Of a DNA stretch of 64,000 bases, positions 1 to 14,539 are shown piece by piece. The notes beneath the pieces are model-generated. The model was not told where the DNA came from. It worked only from the letters and a program-made list of their open reading frames with translations, and made no database searches. The DNA comes from Cycas panzhihuaensis (Eukaryota; Plantae; Cycadophyta). The stretch is from positions 205,351,741-205,415,740 of the forward strand of contig CM041465.1 in NCBI GenBank assembly GCA_023213395.1. The letters run 5' to 3'. Both the position numbers and the translations under genes were made by a program. How positions within the stretch are numbered: position 1 is the first letter of the stretch; the number at the start of each line of letters is the position of its first letter.

Positions 1-523
1 GGTTCATAACACATTGAGTAAATGGTATAGGCAAAATTTAAATATTCTTTAAAAAATATATTTTGACCATAAAAATTTTCTATATTGATGAATTTTATAT
101 TAATATTAATTGATAAACTCATTTATGAGTTCTATAATTAAATTTTATATCATTTTTATTTCATTGATGTATTGTTTAATTTAAATAATGTTATAAAAAC
201 CCTAAAATTTGATCTATAGGATTTAGTGAATGATTATCATTTGAAGAAAATCCATATAAACCTAAAAAATAGAGTTGTAAATATGTAATATAAATGTATC
301 TAAACACTAATTAATTTTCACGTCGTTCTACCATCTACGTTGATGATTCTTTTTAATGAAATAATAACCTGATATATACTCATATGATGTTATGGCATTG
401 TAAAAATCAATGATAAAAAGTAATGTCTTAGAGAGAGAAAATCTATATAGATGGTGAAGATTTTCCTATCCATTAAAAGATGATTTATAATTTTGTGCAA
501 TAAAATTACATACATACATATAG

Positions 524-671
<148 letters not shown>

Positions 672-1449
672 GAAATAACTTTTAAGGATGTCAAACTTAT
701 TAAATATATCCCTCATAAGCAATGAAGATCATATGTGCATATTTATTTGATACGAGATAAAATTAAGACCAATCATCCTCCATATTTCTATTTTGGTATG
801 ATTGATGTCTATGGTTGTTTTAGCCCAAATGGTTCATATTCTTACTTCTAAAATATAACATAAGTGTTTATCTTCATTTAAATAGGTGACCCTTATCGAG
901 ATACATGAACTATATCCATTATAGTTTTACTATGTTAACATCATTATGAGGCAATCATGATTTCCCTCTAGCTACAACTTCTAATGCATATCAATATAGA
1001 AGTTTTCTTTAATCTTTAGGATTAAATGGTGATATTTAATAGAGAAGCAATTTGACCATTTATCTTGGGTGTCTTATATTAGTCATCTAGTTTGCAGTCT
1101 GTCTTCATCTATTTGATATAGTATCATGAAGTTATCTTATCAAAGTTCATGAACTCTCATTGTAGATTTTAGTGGCAAGTAACAACTTATATAAGTAACT
1201 TTAAATCCATTTGGATAACTCTATAGTTCCTTATTAGAAAACTAGCAATTTATATTGGCCAAAATCTCTGATTATGGTTCAAATAGTTGTGGTGTGTAAC
1301 CGCTTATACATGAAGTGGTGTAGCTTCTACTACCACTAAACTCATAAGGTTATCTTTTATGGTATGTATATCCATACACTCAATCTATCCTCCTCATGCA
1401 TCTTATGGAAGAAATATATAATTTTAATAACTATACTAATATATGCATT

Positions 1450-2440
1450 TATTTCCCAGCCTCTAGGAGTGGCATGGATACTACAACAAAGAGGTGAGTG
1501 AAGGTATGACTCATTACTCTTTACATTTCATTAATTTTACATATCATGATTGTAGATAATAGATGCATACTTTTATTTGCTTGATTGTTGTATGTGGTCG
1601 CCCACGTATTTTTTAGTCGATGATGAATATGACTCCAGTCGATGGCTATTAGTCCACCCATCAAGCTTCTTAAATAAGAACAGATGCTTATCCCCTTTGA
1701 AACATTCTCCTTACCTTATTTTAATCAATTGATTCTCCTATTTTTTCATTATTTTCACTCCCTTTCAATTGTATCTACATCTAATTCTCTACATTCATGA
1801 TTTTTTGGCTTGTTTTTATAGGTTTTTCATTAGAAAACTAAATCTATTACCAAATCATTACCTATTTTGTATGCAATAGTAGTACTATGAAGTATTTCAT
1901 AGTACCATGAATGATTTTGTAGTATGATTATCATTTACCTAAATTTAGGTCTACTAGTAATAATTGACTTATAAATGCTACCTTGATAGTCTTGGACAAT
2001 CTGCATTAGCCCCAAATTGGTGCCTATTAGTTTTAGATGGAAAAATAGGCCAAATCGCATTCCATTTTGATCTTCTTTATGTGGTTTTGGTCTAAACCCA
2101 TGAGTAAGACTCATGGATTTATCCCATAGTTTTCTCCCACATTGTGGGCTAAAAACCACTTCCCTAAGCCTTAACCTCACCTATAAATCTCTCTAATTTT
2201 TCATTCGAAAGGGGGAGATCAAGTTGAGTCATATACTATATCATTATACTGTCAAAATTCCATGAGAATTAGGTAATCTTCTTCTACACATCTACTTTGT
2301 GACTACATCCTTGGGATTATATACTTTTAGAAATAAGAGTGAGTCTTGGAGGGGAGTTTAGTAGCTATTGACCATCTTCATAATTTAAGAAAGAGTAATC
2401 CTCTTCATTTTTCTTTATGGTAAGTGTTCCATGTATTTTG
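1450..2440 (+). repeat. Tat element 5' LTR, left part
   Basis: Colinear with 25867-~26871; interrupted at TTTTG (2436-2440) by the Copia insertion. Confidence 0.93.
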
Positions 2441-2730
2441 TGAAATAGGTTAATGTCACAAGGTTATTACATTAGTTGATTATTTCTAAAAAGGGTCTTA
2501 ATTAAACTAATCACTTAAGTGAAATGCACTTTCATGTGCATTATATGTAATTTTATTTCATCTAACTTTAATACTCCCTCTCTAAATATAAAAGTAAAAG
2601 CTCAATGGAGGAGGCTCAATCTTACCTCGCTATTTTGTGAGAGCTACTCTCTTTCTCTTAAGTGTCTCTTGCTCCTATGTCTGCCTTTGTGTTTAGTGCA
2701 TGGAGATGAAGGATATATCTACTCTTTTCA
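2441..2730 (+). repeat. Copia 5' LTR (290 bp)
   Basis: TGAAATAGGTTAATGTCAC...ACTCTTTTCA; roughly 85-90% identical by eye to 9700-9997. Confidence 0.96.
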
Positions 2731-2732
2731 TG

Positions 2733-2744
2733 TAGTATTAGAGC
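2733..2744 (+). promoter_or_regulatory. Copia primer-binding site, tRNA-iMet type (decayed TGGTATCAGAGC)
   Basis: TAGTATTAGAGC lies 2 nt after the LTR and differs from the canonical iMet PBS by two transitions. Confidence 0.85.
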
Positions 2745-4735
2745 TTGCTTCCTTTATATTCCTCACATGAAGTTGTAATAGAGCCATCACTTCCTTCTGC
2801 TCCATAATCTATATGGTAAAGAAGATTGTGAAAGTAGATTTAGAAATATTTTTAAGTTCTTATCATAGCATATTTAGTATTATTTGCTTTCTATTTCTCT
2901 TTTATAGGTTTGAAATCATAATACAAAGAGTTATAAGGCCTAAGGATTTCAATCCTTTGGTGGCCATTTATGCTATCCCATTCTTCTTTTCTTTCCCATC
3001 TTTGTGTCCATTTAACAAGGGGAATACTGCCAAAAAAATTTTTACTTTTAGAAGAATGATTATAAGGGGAGGTTATACCCACTTTTTTTAAAGAATTTAG
3101 AGCCATTTAAAATATCTATCATTGTATACTCTCACCTTGCCTATATTGGGATCCTAGTGATAAAAAAATAATGGAAATTTCGTATGGTATTATATGTTAA
3201 TGAGATATTAACAAGCTAGAATTTTTGCTAGAAAAAATTTGATTACTAAACTTCATAGGTCTGTAAAATCTTCTATAAAGCTCCAACTAACCTAATTCTA
3301 ATTGCTAAAGATAAGGCTCTAAGACTAATTTCTAACACAAAAATCAACACCCAATTTCATTGTTGTATGAGAAATTTATTGTTATTTTAATAGATAGTAG
3401 TTATTTTTAGTAAGAATTCTAGAAAAATATATTTTGCTAATTTTGTGAGACTACTAAAAATTTTCGAGAACTTATTCAGACTTGATTCCACTTCCTAAAT
3501 ATCAAGCTATGAGTCTAATTTATAGCATAAAAATTAGCACTCAATTTTGTTATTATAAGAGAAAGTTATTATTGTTTTAGTGGAGACTACTTTTTTGGGT
3601 AAAGGTGAAGAAAATTCTTTCTTCTTTTTATAAGGCTTAAAAGCCTATTGTAAAAGTGAGTTAAAAAAAACACCTAGATCAGAGTAATATCCAGTGTCCT
3701 CACTCACTTATCATCATTATATTTTAGCTCTCTAAAATCACTTCAAGCAAGCACTCTAAAGACACTCTAAGAAAGCATTATATTTTCAATTATATATATG
3801 TTTGACGTAAATTCGATAATCTTTTTACTCTCCCTAAAAAGAACACATCATGTATGTTATTTTCTACCATCTTGTACCTATTCATATACTCACTAAGGAT
3901 GAAATACCTTGGTTGGTAGAATGTTGTGACATAAAGGAGATGTGAGTTTCAAGTTAGGACTAGATTGAACCAGAGTATTGATGAGGTATGGTTAGGAATA
4001 CCATCGTGCCTCAATTAGGGACCATCATGATAACCAACCAGAGAAACTGAAACTTTAATATAATATTAAAATATACCTAATCCAATATCCATCATAGCCA
4101 TGGGTATGTATGTACCACTCTTTAGAGGAGATATATAGCTACTCATTGGTGAATTGGGTGAGGATTGGGAGTGCCTGGTCTATGTTATGACTTAGATTTC
4201 ATCACTAAGCACAATTGAGGGTATCACAATGAAGGGAAAATTAATTCTACTAGAAGCCTAAGCATCCATTAAATAACCTCAAGTACATTCTAGACACAAG
4301 TTAGAGGTTATTAGGTTGATTATGCATCCTACATTTGAGTTTCAAGTTGTGTACACCCAATGATATTAACTTCCACATTGGCCTACAAACTTGTATATTG
4401 ATCACTTACTTATTTATAAAAAGTGATCCATAGTATAATTATAATTATAGTGCTTCTCGTATTCTTACTACATTAGGTTAATATTTGCCATAAGTGTTAG
4501 TGAAAAATTTTTATCATAGTGCTTCTCATATTCCTACTGCATCACGTTAATATTTATCACAAGTATTGGTGACTTTTCTCTAAGTTGCTCCCTTCATCTT
4601 TGAGCAACCATTCTCACTTTTTCTTCCTTTTACTACTATGCTTTATTGCATTTCCTATTTATAAATAGTGATTGGTCATTTATTACAATCACTTTTATAG
4701 ACCTTTATTCATTTTTCCCCTTCTCAAAAGACTCC

Positions 4736-7700
4736 ATGTCTTCATAGTTCAAGTAAAATATGAATTGCATTCTTAAAGGGAAAAAAAATTAAGACATGTG
4801 GTTCACTGGTATAAAAAATGATAGAACGTATAAAGGTTTTTGGAGAGATCACTTGCAACCTACACCATTTATTGTAACTACAGCTACCACAGTTGCTTCT
4901 GGAGGAGGTGCTCTAACTGCACCTACTGAAGTTGCAGCTAAATGCCAATGGAAACTTGATGATGATAAAATCCATGTAGGGATACTTCTTGTCACTGATT
5001 TTTCCCTACATAATCTCATTAATGAAGTTGTACATAATACATCATGGAAAGCTCTTGAAGTTCTTAAGAAGAACTTTGATACTAAATCAGACTTAGAATT
5101 TGTTGACTTATTGTTGAAGAATGAACAAATTGAAAATGTAAAAAGGACATGTAAGTGAGATAATCAATCTCCTTCATCCAATCAAGTAAGACATTAAAAA
5201 AGATTTTTAAACTCAATGCATTACATGGAATTTCTTTATTCAGTCATGTCTCCATATCCCATATTATAAAAACTACTGAGAAGTCTTCAATCTAGTGGTA
5301 CTTTGAAGACCCTAAACTTTGAGGCTCTTGTTGATAAGTTTATTGAATTTGATAAGACCTTTGATACCAACTTTGACATTACATCAGATCCAGTTGATGC
5401 TACTTTCAAAGTGGAAGAAGATCTTTCTTATACCAAAAATCAAAGTCAATACTTTCACAGAGGTGGTGATTCTCGTGGAAGAGGTAAAGGTAGACAACAA
5501 GGACAATGGCCTCTTGGTCAATAGGCTCCTCAACTCCAACAAAACAGCCTCAAGGCCAAGGCCAAAATAATCAACCTAGACCTAGATCTAGTAATTAGAG
5601 GCAATCTAACTAGCCCAATACTTCTTATAGAACTAGAAATTAAATAATTGTATGCCAAAGGTGTAATAGGAAAGGACACTATACCAAAAATTATAGAACT
5701 ACTACAAATAAACTACCAAGCTATCAACAACACCATGGTGTACATAATATTGATAATACTTCTTTTGAAGATGATTTTGGTAGAACACAATTTGCTCATA
5801 CACACCTTTAAAGAATTAGGACCACTTCATCAAATGTTATTAATAGATCCACTAAGTACATTAAGGCTCATTGTGGCTATGCTTATTTACTTTTACCTTT
5901 ACCACTTGGAGTTGTGAATAGTGCCACCTCAAATATTTTATTTTGGATCATGGATACTGGAGCAACATAACACATGCCTTGTCATCACTAGTTTTTTCAG
6001 GATTTTGACTCTGAAGTGCATGGTGTTATAGATATGGATAGCAAATCATCTTAACTAATCGAAGGACTTGGAATTGTTTGCCTGAAACTCTTAAGCCTTC
6101 TAGATTTTACCCTTATTGATGTTTTATTTATTCTTACTCTAAAGCATAACCTACTCTCCCTCTCTACCCTTGTCTCTTGTGGATTTAATTTAAGTGTAAC
6201 TATAAATAATCAAACTCTTTGTGGCATTCACCCTCCTTAAAATACTATGGTTATGACCAAGATTCTTGATAGCAAACTTTTTTACCTAACTAGCTCACCA
6301 TCCTCTGAAGCTAACTATGTTGATGATGACTCTACTTTTACCACAACCCTGACTCCTCAAAAGTTATCCTAAGTAGCCCTATGGCATGCTTATATGGGCC
6401 ATATCGATATTGATTGATTAAGAGAACTACATGTCATTCTTCCCAGTATATATAGGCTCTCCTCTAAGCCCTTCAAATATGAAGCATGTATCATTGCCAA
6501 ATCTTGAAGATAACCCTTTCCTCATAGTCAGTGGAAATCCAGCCAACCTTTGTAGCTTGTACACTTAGATGTATACAGTCATATTCCCATCCCTTCTCTT
6601 AAACAAAGTGGTACTATATTACTTTCATTTATGATTTTACCAAGAAAGTATAGGTTGCTTTTCTTGCAAAGAAATATGAAACCTTTTCTATGTTTCAAGC
6701 TTTCAAGGCTCACATGAAAAATAAATATGGATTCAAGATCAAAATACTTAGGACTGACAATGGTAGTAAGTACACCTCTAATGAGTTTAAATAATATCTA
6801 CATCACCATGGGATCAAACATCAAACCATTGTTATAGGTACACCATAACAAAATGGAGTTGTTGAGTGCATGAACAGGACTATCATAAACATTGCTCATG
6901 CTATTTTGGTATAGAAGAATGTCCCTATCTATCTTTGGGTTGAGGTTATCTAGACTACCATGTATTACATCAACACTATTAGTCCCTCCAAGCTCGATCC
7001 CTCTCCACATGAAATACAGTATAGAAAAACCCCTTCTATCTCCCACTTCAAAATTTTTGGCTCTACTTGTTATGCTCATATTTCAAAGGAACACAGAAAC
7101 AAGCTCTAAGATAGAGCCCTCAAAGGTATCTTTGTTAAATACTCTATGGACAAAAATGGGTACAAAGTTTTTATACCTACACAATATAAAATTATTATCA
7201 CTAGAGATGTTATCTTTGCAAAGACTAAAGATCAATTACTTAGACTTTATTCTAAGATACCTTCATACTAATTTAATGATGCTACTAAATTTGGTATCTA
7301 GATTCTAAAATTTAGGGGGGGAGATGCTCAACAGTTACTTAAAATCTTAGAATCTAATAATAGAGCCCTATAGGATACAAGTTGTGACTCCCAACTAATG
7401 TATATATATCCAACACCATCATTTGTGAATAACCAAGTTGACAAAGACAAAGCCATAACATAAGGACCATGTTCTCCAACATTAGTGGTTAGCTCATCTT
7501 CTTTAGCATCGTTAACTTCCTTTGTGCCAAACATTTCACATGATCCTTTTTAGGATCAAAATGAAGACCAAGAAGATATGGAAATAAAAACCTCATTCCC
7601 AACTTGAGGTTTTCATGAAGCCTACTAGTTACACAAGGACATGTAACCAAATGAGGTAGGTAAAACTGGCACTAAAAGTACCCATAGAGTAAGGATGCAT

Positions 7701-9285
7701 GAATCACTTTCCATTGAGCTTAAACCAACAAAATTGTACCTTACTCTTAATGCAAAGCCCCTAACATACCAAGAACCTATAAGGCATGCAACTTGGAGAA
7801 ATGTTATGAACAAAGAATACCAATCTCTTATTAAGAATAATACACAGGATCTTATTAATCTACCACTTAGAAGAAAGATAGCTCAAAATAAATGGGTGTT
7901 TAAAAATAAGTATAGATTAGATAACACCCTAGAAAAACATAAGGTAAGGTTAGTAGCAAAAGGATTCATGCAAAGAGAAGGCATCAACTACATTGAAATC
8001 TTTACTCCTACAACCAAGTGGCTTATAATCAGAACTCTTATAGCCTTAGCTACTCAACAGGGTTGAAAAATCCACTAACTCGATGTTAAAACCATATTTC
8101 TCAATGGGGAACTTAAAGAAGAAATTTATATAGCTCATCCAGAAGGATACATGATTGTCAGTCATGAGCATAAGGTCTGCAAGCTCAGAAATTCCTAATA
8201 TGGCTTAAAATAAGCCTATTGTACTTGGTTTATCAAGTTGTCTGAAAGAATGAGGTAACTTAGATATGAGGTTTGTGACTATCAAGATATTGATGTAATA
8301 CTATTCATTAAGTACCAAAATGATAAAGTTACTTACCTCTTAATTTTTGTGGATGATATGCTAATAACGAGGAATATTGAATAGGTAATCAACCAGTTGA
8401 AGAAAGACCTTGCTAAAACTTTTGAATTGTCTAATCTTAAGTTGATGAAATATTACTTAGGAATTGAAGTAACTCAAAAGAATATCAAAATATTTCTCTC
8501 CAAATAAAAATATATTAACAATCTTTTAATAAAGTTTTAGTTGAAAGGTTCTTGACTAGTGGCTACACCTATGGAACCTAATATTAAATTCTCAGTTGAT
8601 GGTGATACTAGGGAGGCAGACGCAATACTCTACAAGTAACTTATAGGTAGTTTTATCTATACTACCAACATAAGGCTAGATATTATATACTATGTTGGTA
8701 TTCTTGAAAGATTCATGAAAAATCCTAAGGATAATCACTGGCAAGCTACAATACGAGTATTGAGGTATCTGAAGGCGACCAATAAATATGGTCTATTATA
8801 TGAACCTAATATAGAATTTGAACTTTATATATATATATATAGACTCAGACTTTGCTGAAGATAAAGACATAAGAAGATCTATGTTTGGGTATATAACATT
8901 TCTTGGAATAGCACCAATATCATAGAGATCTAGATGGTAGAAGATAGTTACAGACTTAACTGCCAAAGATGAATATATTACTTCTGAGACAAGCAAGGAG
9001 GTCATTTGGCTTAGAAAATTATTGAATACATTAAGTTCCATCCAAATAAGTTCTACTAGCTTACATTGAGATAATTAACCTATAATCCAAATGGCTAAAA
9101 ATCTTATATTTCATGATTATACCAAACATATAAGTACGAAAGTCCACAGGATTAGAGAACTAGTTCATGATGGCAAAATTTAACTAGAATATTATCCCAC
9201 AGTAGATCAAGTAGCTGATATCTTCACCAAACTACTGAAGATGGTGAAGTTTGAATAATTCTAATTGATTAAAGGAGTTGACAAT
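4736..9285 (+). pseudogene. Copia gag-pol polyprotein, disrupted
   Basis: Gag (ORFs 4796..5158, 5303..5524); protease WIMDTGAT ~5944; pre-integrase LWHAYMGH ~6380; integrase ~6480-7030; RT with KVRLVAKGFMQREGINY (ORF 7695..8066) and FVDDMLI ~8345; RNase H DSDFAED...ADIFTK ~8840-9230. Many stops and frameshifts. Confidence 0.95.
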
Positions 9286-9699
9286 ATGACCATCATACTT
9301 TGTCTCATTCATAAAAACCCCTTGTGGGTACCAAAGGATAAGAATAAGTCTCTGCTATACCCCATTCGTGAAAACCCCTTATGGGCATGAAAGGATAAGG
9401 GTTGTATCATTTTGGAAAATTGAAACCTGTAAAAACTCGAAAAGGCATAGGGGATAGCCAAATAGTATATGGAGACTTAGTAGATTTTAGCTATAAAATT
9501 CATTATATTGATTGGCTATTTAGTTTTATTTAAAGAGTCGTCTAAGTCAGGTTACTAGATTAGAAATTTGTGGGTTTTATTCCCCATGAGGGTTTCCCAC
9601 AAAAGGTCGTAGTAGTTTGCTTTATAAGAGACTCAAATGAAGACCTCATAGGATAGAATAAAATATGATGAAATGACCTTCTACCATCAAGGGGGAGAT

Positions 9700-9997
9700 T
9701 GAAATGGGTTAATGTCACAAGGTCATTACATTAGTTGATTATTACTAAAAAGGGTCTTAAGTGAACTTTAAATTAGATCACTTAAATGAAATGCACTTTT
9801 ATATACATTATGTGTAATTTTATTTCACCTAACTCTAATGCTCCATCTCTCAATATAAAAGTAGAATCTCAATAGAGGAGGCTCATTCTTACCTCCCCAT
9901 TTTATGAGAGCTACTCTTTTTCTCTCAAGTCTCTCATGCTCCCATGTTTGCCTTTATGTTTAGTACATAGAGATGAAGGATAGATCCACTCTTTTCA
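9700..9997 (+). repeat. Copia 3' LTR (298 bp), preceded by PPT 9689-9699
   Basis: AAGGGGGAGAT|TGAAATGGGTT...CTCTTTTCA|TTTTG. Confidence 0.96.
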
Positions 9998-10002
9998 TTT
10001 TG

Positions 10003-11464
10003 TTACTCATTTTCATCTTATTTTGCTCTATTTGACTTGTTATTTAGTACTTAATCTTTCCTCTTAAACTATATTCTCTTTGTTAGCCTACTTTATGCTT
10101 ATTTTTTAATAGATTTAAAAGAGTAAGTTGTAAAGGGAGGTAACACCTAAGTACTAATTAGAGAGGTTACCATATTAGAGGGACATTTGGGCTATTCTGA
10201 GGCTCCTTATACCCATATTTAACTTATTAATTCTGATATCTCTTTAGATCATTTTTTATTATATTGTATACTAGAGATATTGGGCATATTTTATTATACT
10301 CTTAGTCAACAATTATCTTGCAGGTTAGTACTAACTCCGTTATAAGAAGGAAGAGGGTTAAGGTTCCTCTTCATCATTAGCTAAGAGGTTGGGTTCTTCC
10401 ACTAAGATCTTTCTTTAGCAACAACTCCCAAAAAGGTATGTTAGTTCAATGAGATTTAGTGCATATTTTCAAATTTTTTGGGGTCTTTGTCACATTTTCC
10501 CTACACCATAAGTATATCTAACAAGAAAAAATACTACCAAATTTGCTCTAGATTTGCAATATAGTGCAATGTCCATTTGAACTGTCTTATTGACATCGTC
10601 TATTACAAGTTAAGGAAATACATTGTTTAATGAACAAATCCTACTACTACTAAGAACATCATCTTTTCCATTTATTTCATCTTGCTTCCTTTTTTAGTGA
10701 AGGAAAAAAGAAAGAGAGAAGAAAAGGAAATTTTAGGCTTAATCTAAGGAGTAAAGGAAAAGGAATCAAGGAATATCTCTTTTTGCTCTACATCCCTTGG
10801 TCTCCCCTTTTTCCTCTTTAAAAAGTAAAAGCTCAAGGAAAATAAGGTATAGAGAAAAGAAAAGAAAAGAGAATTGGTTTTGGTTTTCTATAGGCCTCTT
10901 GTTTGTTTTTTCTCTCTTTTAGTTGAAAAAAAAAAAGACCCCTAGAAAAGAAAATATAAGAGAAAACCCCAAAATAAAAACTAAAAAGCATTATCATTTT
11001 CTTTTTTTCTATTTACATTGCATCGCTTAAAATGTTAGGTGCATTGGTCCTTACTTTGTTATTTAGTTACAAGCTTGAATAAGAGAAGGGGTCACACAGT
11101 TACGAGTCCCTAAATCCATGGGGTAATATTGTGTCTTCGACTAAGGTTACTTGTTACTTTTCCATAAAACAAAAAAAATATATAGTTGCATATAGATGTG
11201 TGCTTCCTCCCCCCTAGTTTTCCATAGGCCTATGAAGACAAAATAATATGTCCATCCACATGCATGTGCCCTTATAATTACTCTAGTTTAACCTCTATTC
11301 CATTACTCAATACATAATACTCCCTCACACTCATACTCAAGAGGTATATGGATGCCCTAGTTTAGGTCATTAATTCACTTTCCTAAGTATTTGGCCTCCA
11401 CATGCTAGGTCTCTTATTATTAGAAAGTAGTTTATAATCTATCCCTCTAGCCCAACACATTTCA
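10003..11464 (+). repeat. Tat element 5' LTR, right part
   Basis: Colinear with ~26872-28331; ends CATTTCA. Confidence 0.93.
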
Positions 11465-11465
11465 C

Positions 11466-11483
11466 TAGCAACCATATTGGGGA
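11466..11483 (+). promoter_or_regulatory. Tat primer-binding site, probably tRNA-Arg type
   Basis: TAGCAACCATATTGGGGA immediately after the LTR; it resembles the TGGCGAC...TGGGGA Arg-type PBS of Tat/Ogre elements after transition decay. Confidence 0.7.
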
Positions 11484-11599
11484 TTCACTAGTTAGAAGCC
11501 ATCTAATACATCTAGGTCTTCCATCCCTTTACTTCATTCCTACTTGGTTAGGGTGCTTAATTTCTATCATAAAAGGACCTTTCCTTCTACATTACCCAT

Positions 11600-14500
11600 A
11601 TGAACTAGTTGGTTATACTTTGAATGTGATGTTTTTCTTATTACTTATAAGGCCTTCCACCCTTAGATACGAATCCTCACACACACCTATCTTTTCAAGT
11701 GACTATGAGTCACCTATGGTAGGGCATCATGTCAATTAGGAATATGATCCATATGCCTTAGATTGGTCACAACTTGAGGCACCTTTTCCTTATGAGGATC
11801 CCAACCATATTGGTGATGACACAACACATTATCTACATCAAGCCAACGAGCTCTATCGGAACTTGGTTGGCCTCCATGCCTATATAATTGGGAGTATGCC
11901 CCTTCATGACCCTATTTAAGATATTGAACAGGCTCCTCTTCCTTTCTTCCCTCACTTAGGATAGTTAGGAGGGTATGCCTCCTTTCTAACTAGATGCACA
12001 CCCCACCTTGGGATGCTATAGAGGCCTTGCATGCCCATTTTGAGTGATAGTGGGATGCATTGCCCCTAGGTGGGCCCAGAGGTTACTTTTCAGCTCTACT
12101 ATGACTTCCATCTTAATCCCCCCCCCCCTCCCCCCCACTCAAAGTACCACTACACTTCCCCAAGATGTGACCACCATATCTACTACTATGAGTGCTTTTC
12201 TTGGGGAAGGGCCTACACTAACCTAAGCCCAATCTAAAGCTATGACAAGCATCCCCTTATTACAAACTATAATTCCTCAACTGAGCATAGTCTTAATTAT
12301 GCCTATTGCTCCATTCATCCCTCCTTGTCCCCAATATATGAGACATAGAAGAGGACCACTTATTTATGCCATCTACACCATGTGGCCTTATCTCTCTATG
12401 TACCATTGGGATACACATCTTAATAATAGGGGCACAAGGGCTCTTACCCTCTATCCACTTATGGGGTAGGCCTCCTCCACCCCTATGTAGTAGCTCCTCC
12501 TATGAGAGGGACCTTTCAAGCAAAACCCCCTCCTACACCCCTCACCTTATATGTATCAATTGACCCCATCCTCTTATCCCATCAAGGGGCACTTGTAGTA
12601 CCTCTTATACCACCTTTCTTAACTCCCACTCCTTAAGGGGTAACAACTTATACCACTTCCTCTTATCATGTTTAAGCACATAATGGTTTGAGCTACTCTT
12701 AACCACACCTATATCATCCTTATTCTAGTACAACTCTTCCTTATCAAATAGGAGGTATGCCTTATCCTAAACCTTCTTATGCCCCTCACTAATAAGGGCA
12801 TACCTCTTAATCCACTTACCCTCTATATACATCCCATGGCGAAGCTAGATACTATCTATTAGCCTCATATCCCATGTCTAATCCTCTAGTCCAACCTAGG
12901 GCATGCCACTTCATGGACTATAGGTCAAGCCCCCTCTCCATAGATGCCCTAAGAACTAATTTACCTTCCCATCGACTGAAAATACCCAAATTTGATGACA
13001 CTTCCTCTCAAGACCCCACTTATCATGTTAAGGTATTTTCTATGGAATCCATTGATTATTTGGTCTATGACTACATTCTAATAAAGTTGTTTGCTATATC
13101 ACTCCAAAGAAACACTCTGAAGTGGTTTTACCATCTCCTAGCCCACTCAATCCATTGCTTCCAACAATTAGTTGACTCCTTTATTAATTACTTTAATGTT
13201 ACAAGGCCATTCGAGAGTGGAGCTAAGGCCTTACTTTCTCTCAAATAAAAATAGAATGAGCTCAACAAGGATGTCATCTACCGATTTTATAATCTCCTTT
13301 ATTCCTCAAAGTCCATGTTACTTGAGGATTTAAAGAAATACATTTTCGTAAATGCTCTACACTCTAAAGTCCATGTTGAGGTCCTTAAAATGGGGGCAAT
13401 AATATATGATTTATCTATATCTAAGTGCTTGGACCTAGAGTTTATTGAGATCTAAGCTAGTCTCAAGAAGATTAATAGAAACTCATAATATTACAAGGCA
13501 TTGCCTCCCCCATGAATCTAGAGAGAATAACAACCATCATCTAAGTCCTCTACTAGCACTATTGATAAGACTATAGATTCATTTACCTCTTCTATTTGTT
13601 CCTTTGAATTGGCACTTAAGGATTTAAAACTCCAATCAACTCAAGCCCTAATGAAGCTATAAGTTCAATCTTGTAGTTATAAGCCACTCCACTAGATTGC
13701 TTAGACTATGTAATTGATAAAAGAGGGTCTTGAACCTTCACAATGGAAGAGGCCAAAAGCCTCTTTTGAGAAGAGGTGGTATTCCATTCATGGCCAATGT
13801 GCTCATGATGATGCTTGATATTAGACTCAATATCCTAAGCTCACCCCACCAAGGGATCCCCCTTCTTAGTATACTTCTAAGCTAAATTTAGACCAACCCA
13901 TTCATCAAGATCCCTTCCCCTATCATGATGCCTCTAAACAACTATCACAACCTAAAAACTAATAAGGCAAGGAGTACCCCCAACCTTAAAGGAGAGGGAC
14001 ACCACCTGCCTCCTTATCCGATCAACCAAAGGGTAAATCCTTGGTTGATTCCTCTTCTCCCTCAATCCCTATGGCTCAAAACCCATCTTCCCACCCTAAT
14101 GCTAAAGGCAAGTGAGTCATACATATGCTAAAGACCACCTAGGTCTACCTCATGAGTCATTCTGAAGTAGTAAAGGATGTCAGGGAGGCTTCTACATATA
14201 AATAAACCTCTTTAGAGAACTCTCCCACTAAGATCATAGTCATTATAAAGACCATACTAGTCTAACCAGAATGATATGACTTTAGATAAGCTCTTCCCTA
14301 ATCCACAAGTAAGGGGAAGACCTACTCCATTATTGAGGAGCTCCACATTGTATCTACTAGAATGTCTAGAATGGATATTTTATAGATTTATCTTAACTAA
14401 TGAGATCTTCTCCTAGAGGCCCTTAGCCAAAAGGTCACACCCATCCACACCATGTCCATAATATCTCATGGTGCTTCCCTTATCTCTTTGAGTCCACATG
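11600..14500 (+). pseudogene. Tat gag, disrupted (Pro/Tyr/His-rich N-terminal extension plus retrotransposon gag core)
   Basis: ORF 12874..13248 KIPKFDDTSSQDPTYHVKVF...LFAISLQRNTLKWF...FQQLVDSFINYF is typical gag. Upstream coding-like frames are interrupted by TAA/TAG. Boundaries approximate. Confidence 0.8.
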
Positions 14501-14539
14501 ATCTACCACTAACTAGTGAAAGATAATATCATTAGCACT

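Larger units (their letters stand above)
2441..9997 (+). mobile_element. Ty1/Copia LTR retrotransposon, structurally complete, nested in the Tat 5' LTR
   Basis: LTRs 2441-2730 and 9700-9997 (TG...CA); perfect TSD TTTTG at 2436-2440 and 9998-10002; PBS TAGTATTAGAGC; PPT AAGGGGGAGAT; order gag-PR-INT-RT-RH. Confidence 0.97.

Noticed and set aside
6798-7813. Antisense or off-frame ORFs over TE genes (also 14541..14771, 15891..16184, 50477..50749)
   Set aside because: Shadows of the gag-pol or ORF2 frames.
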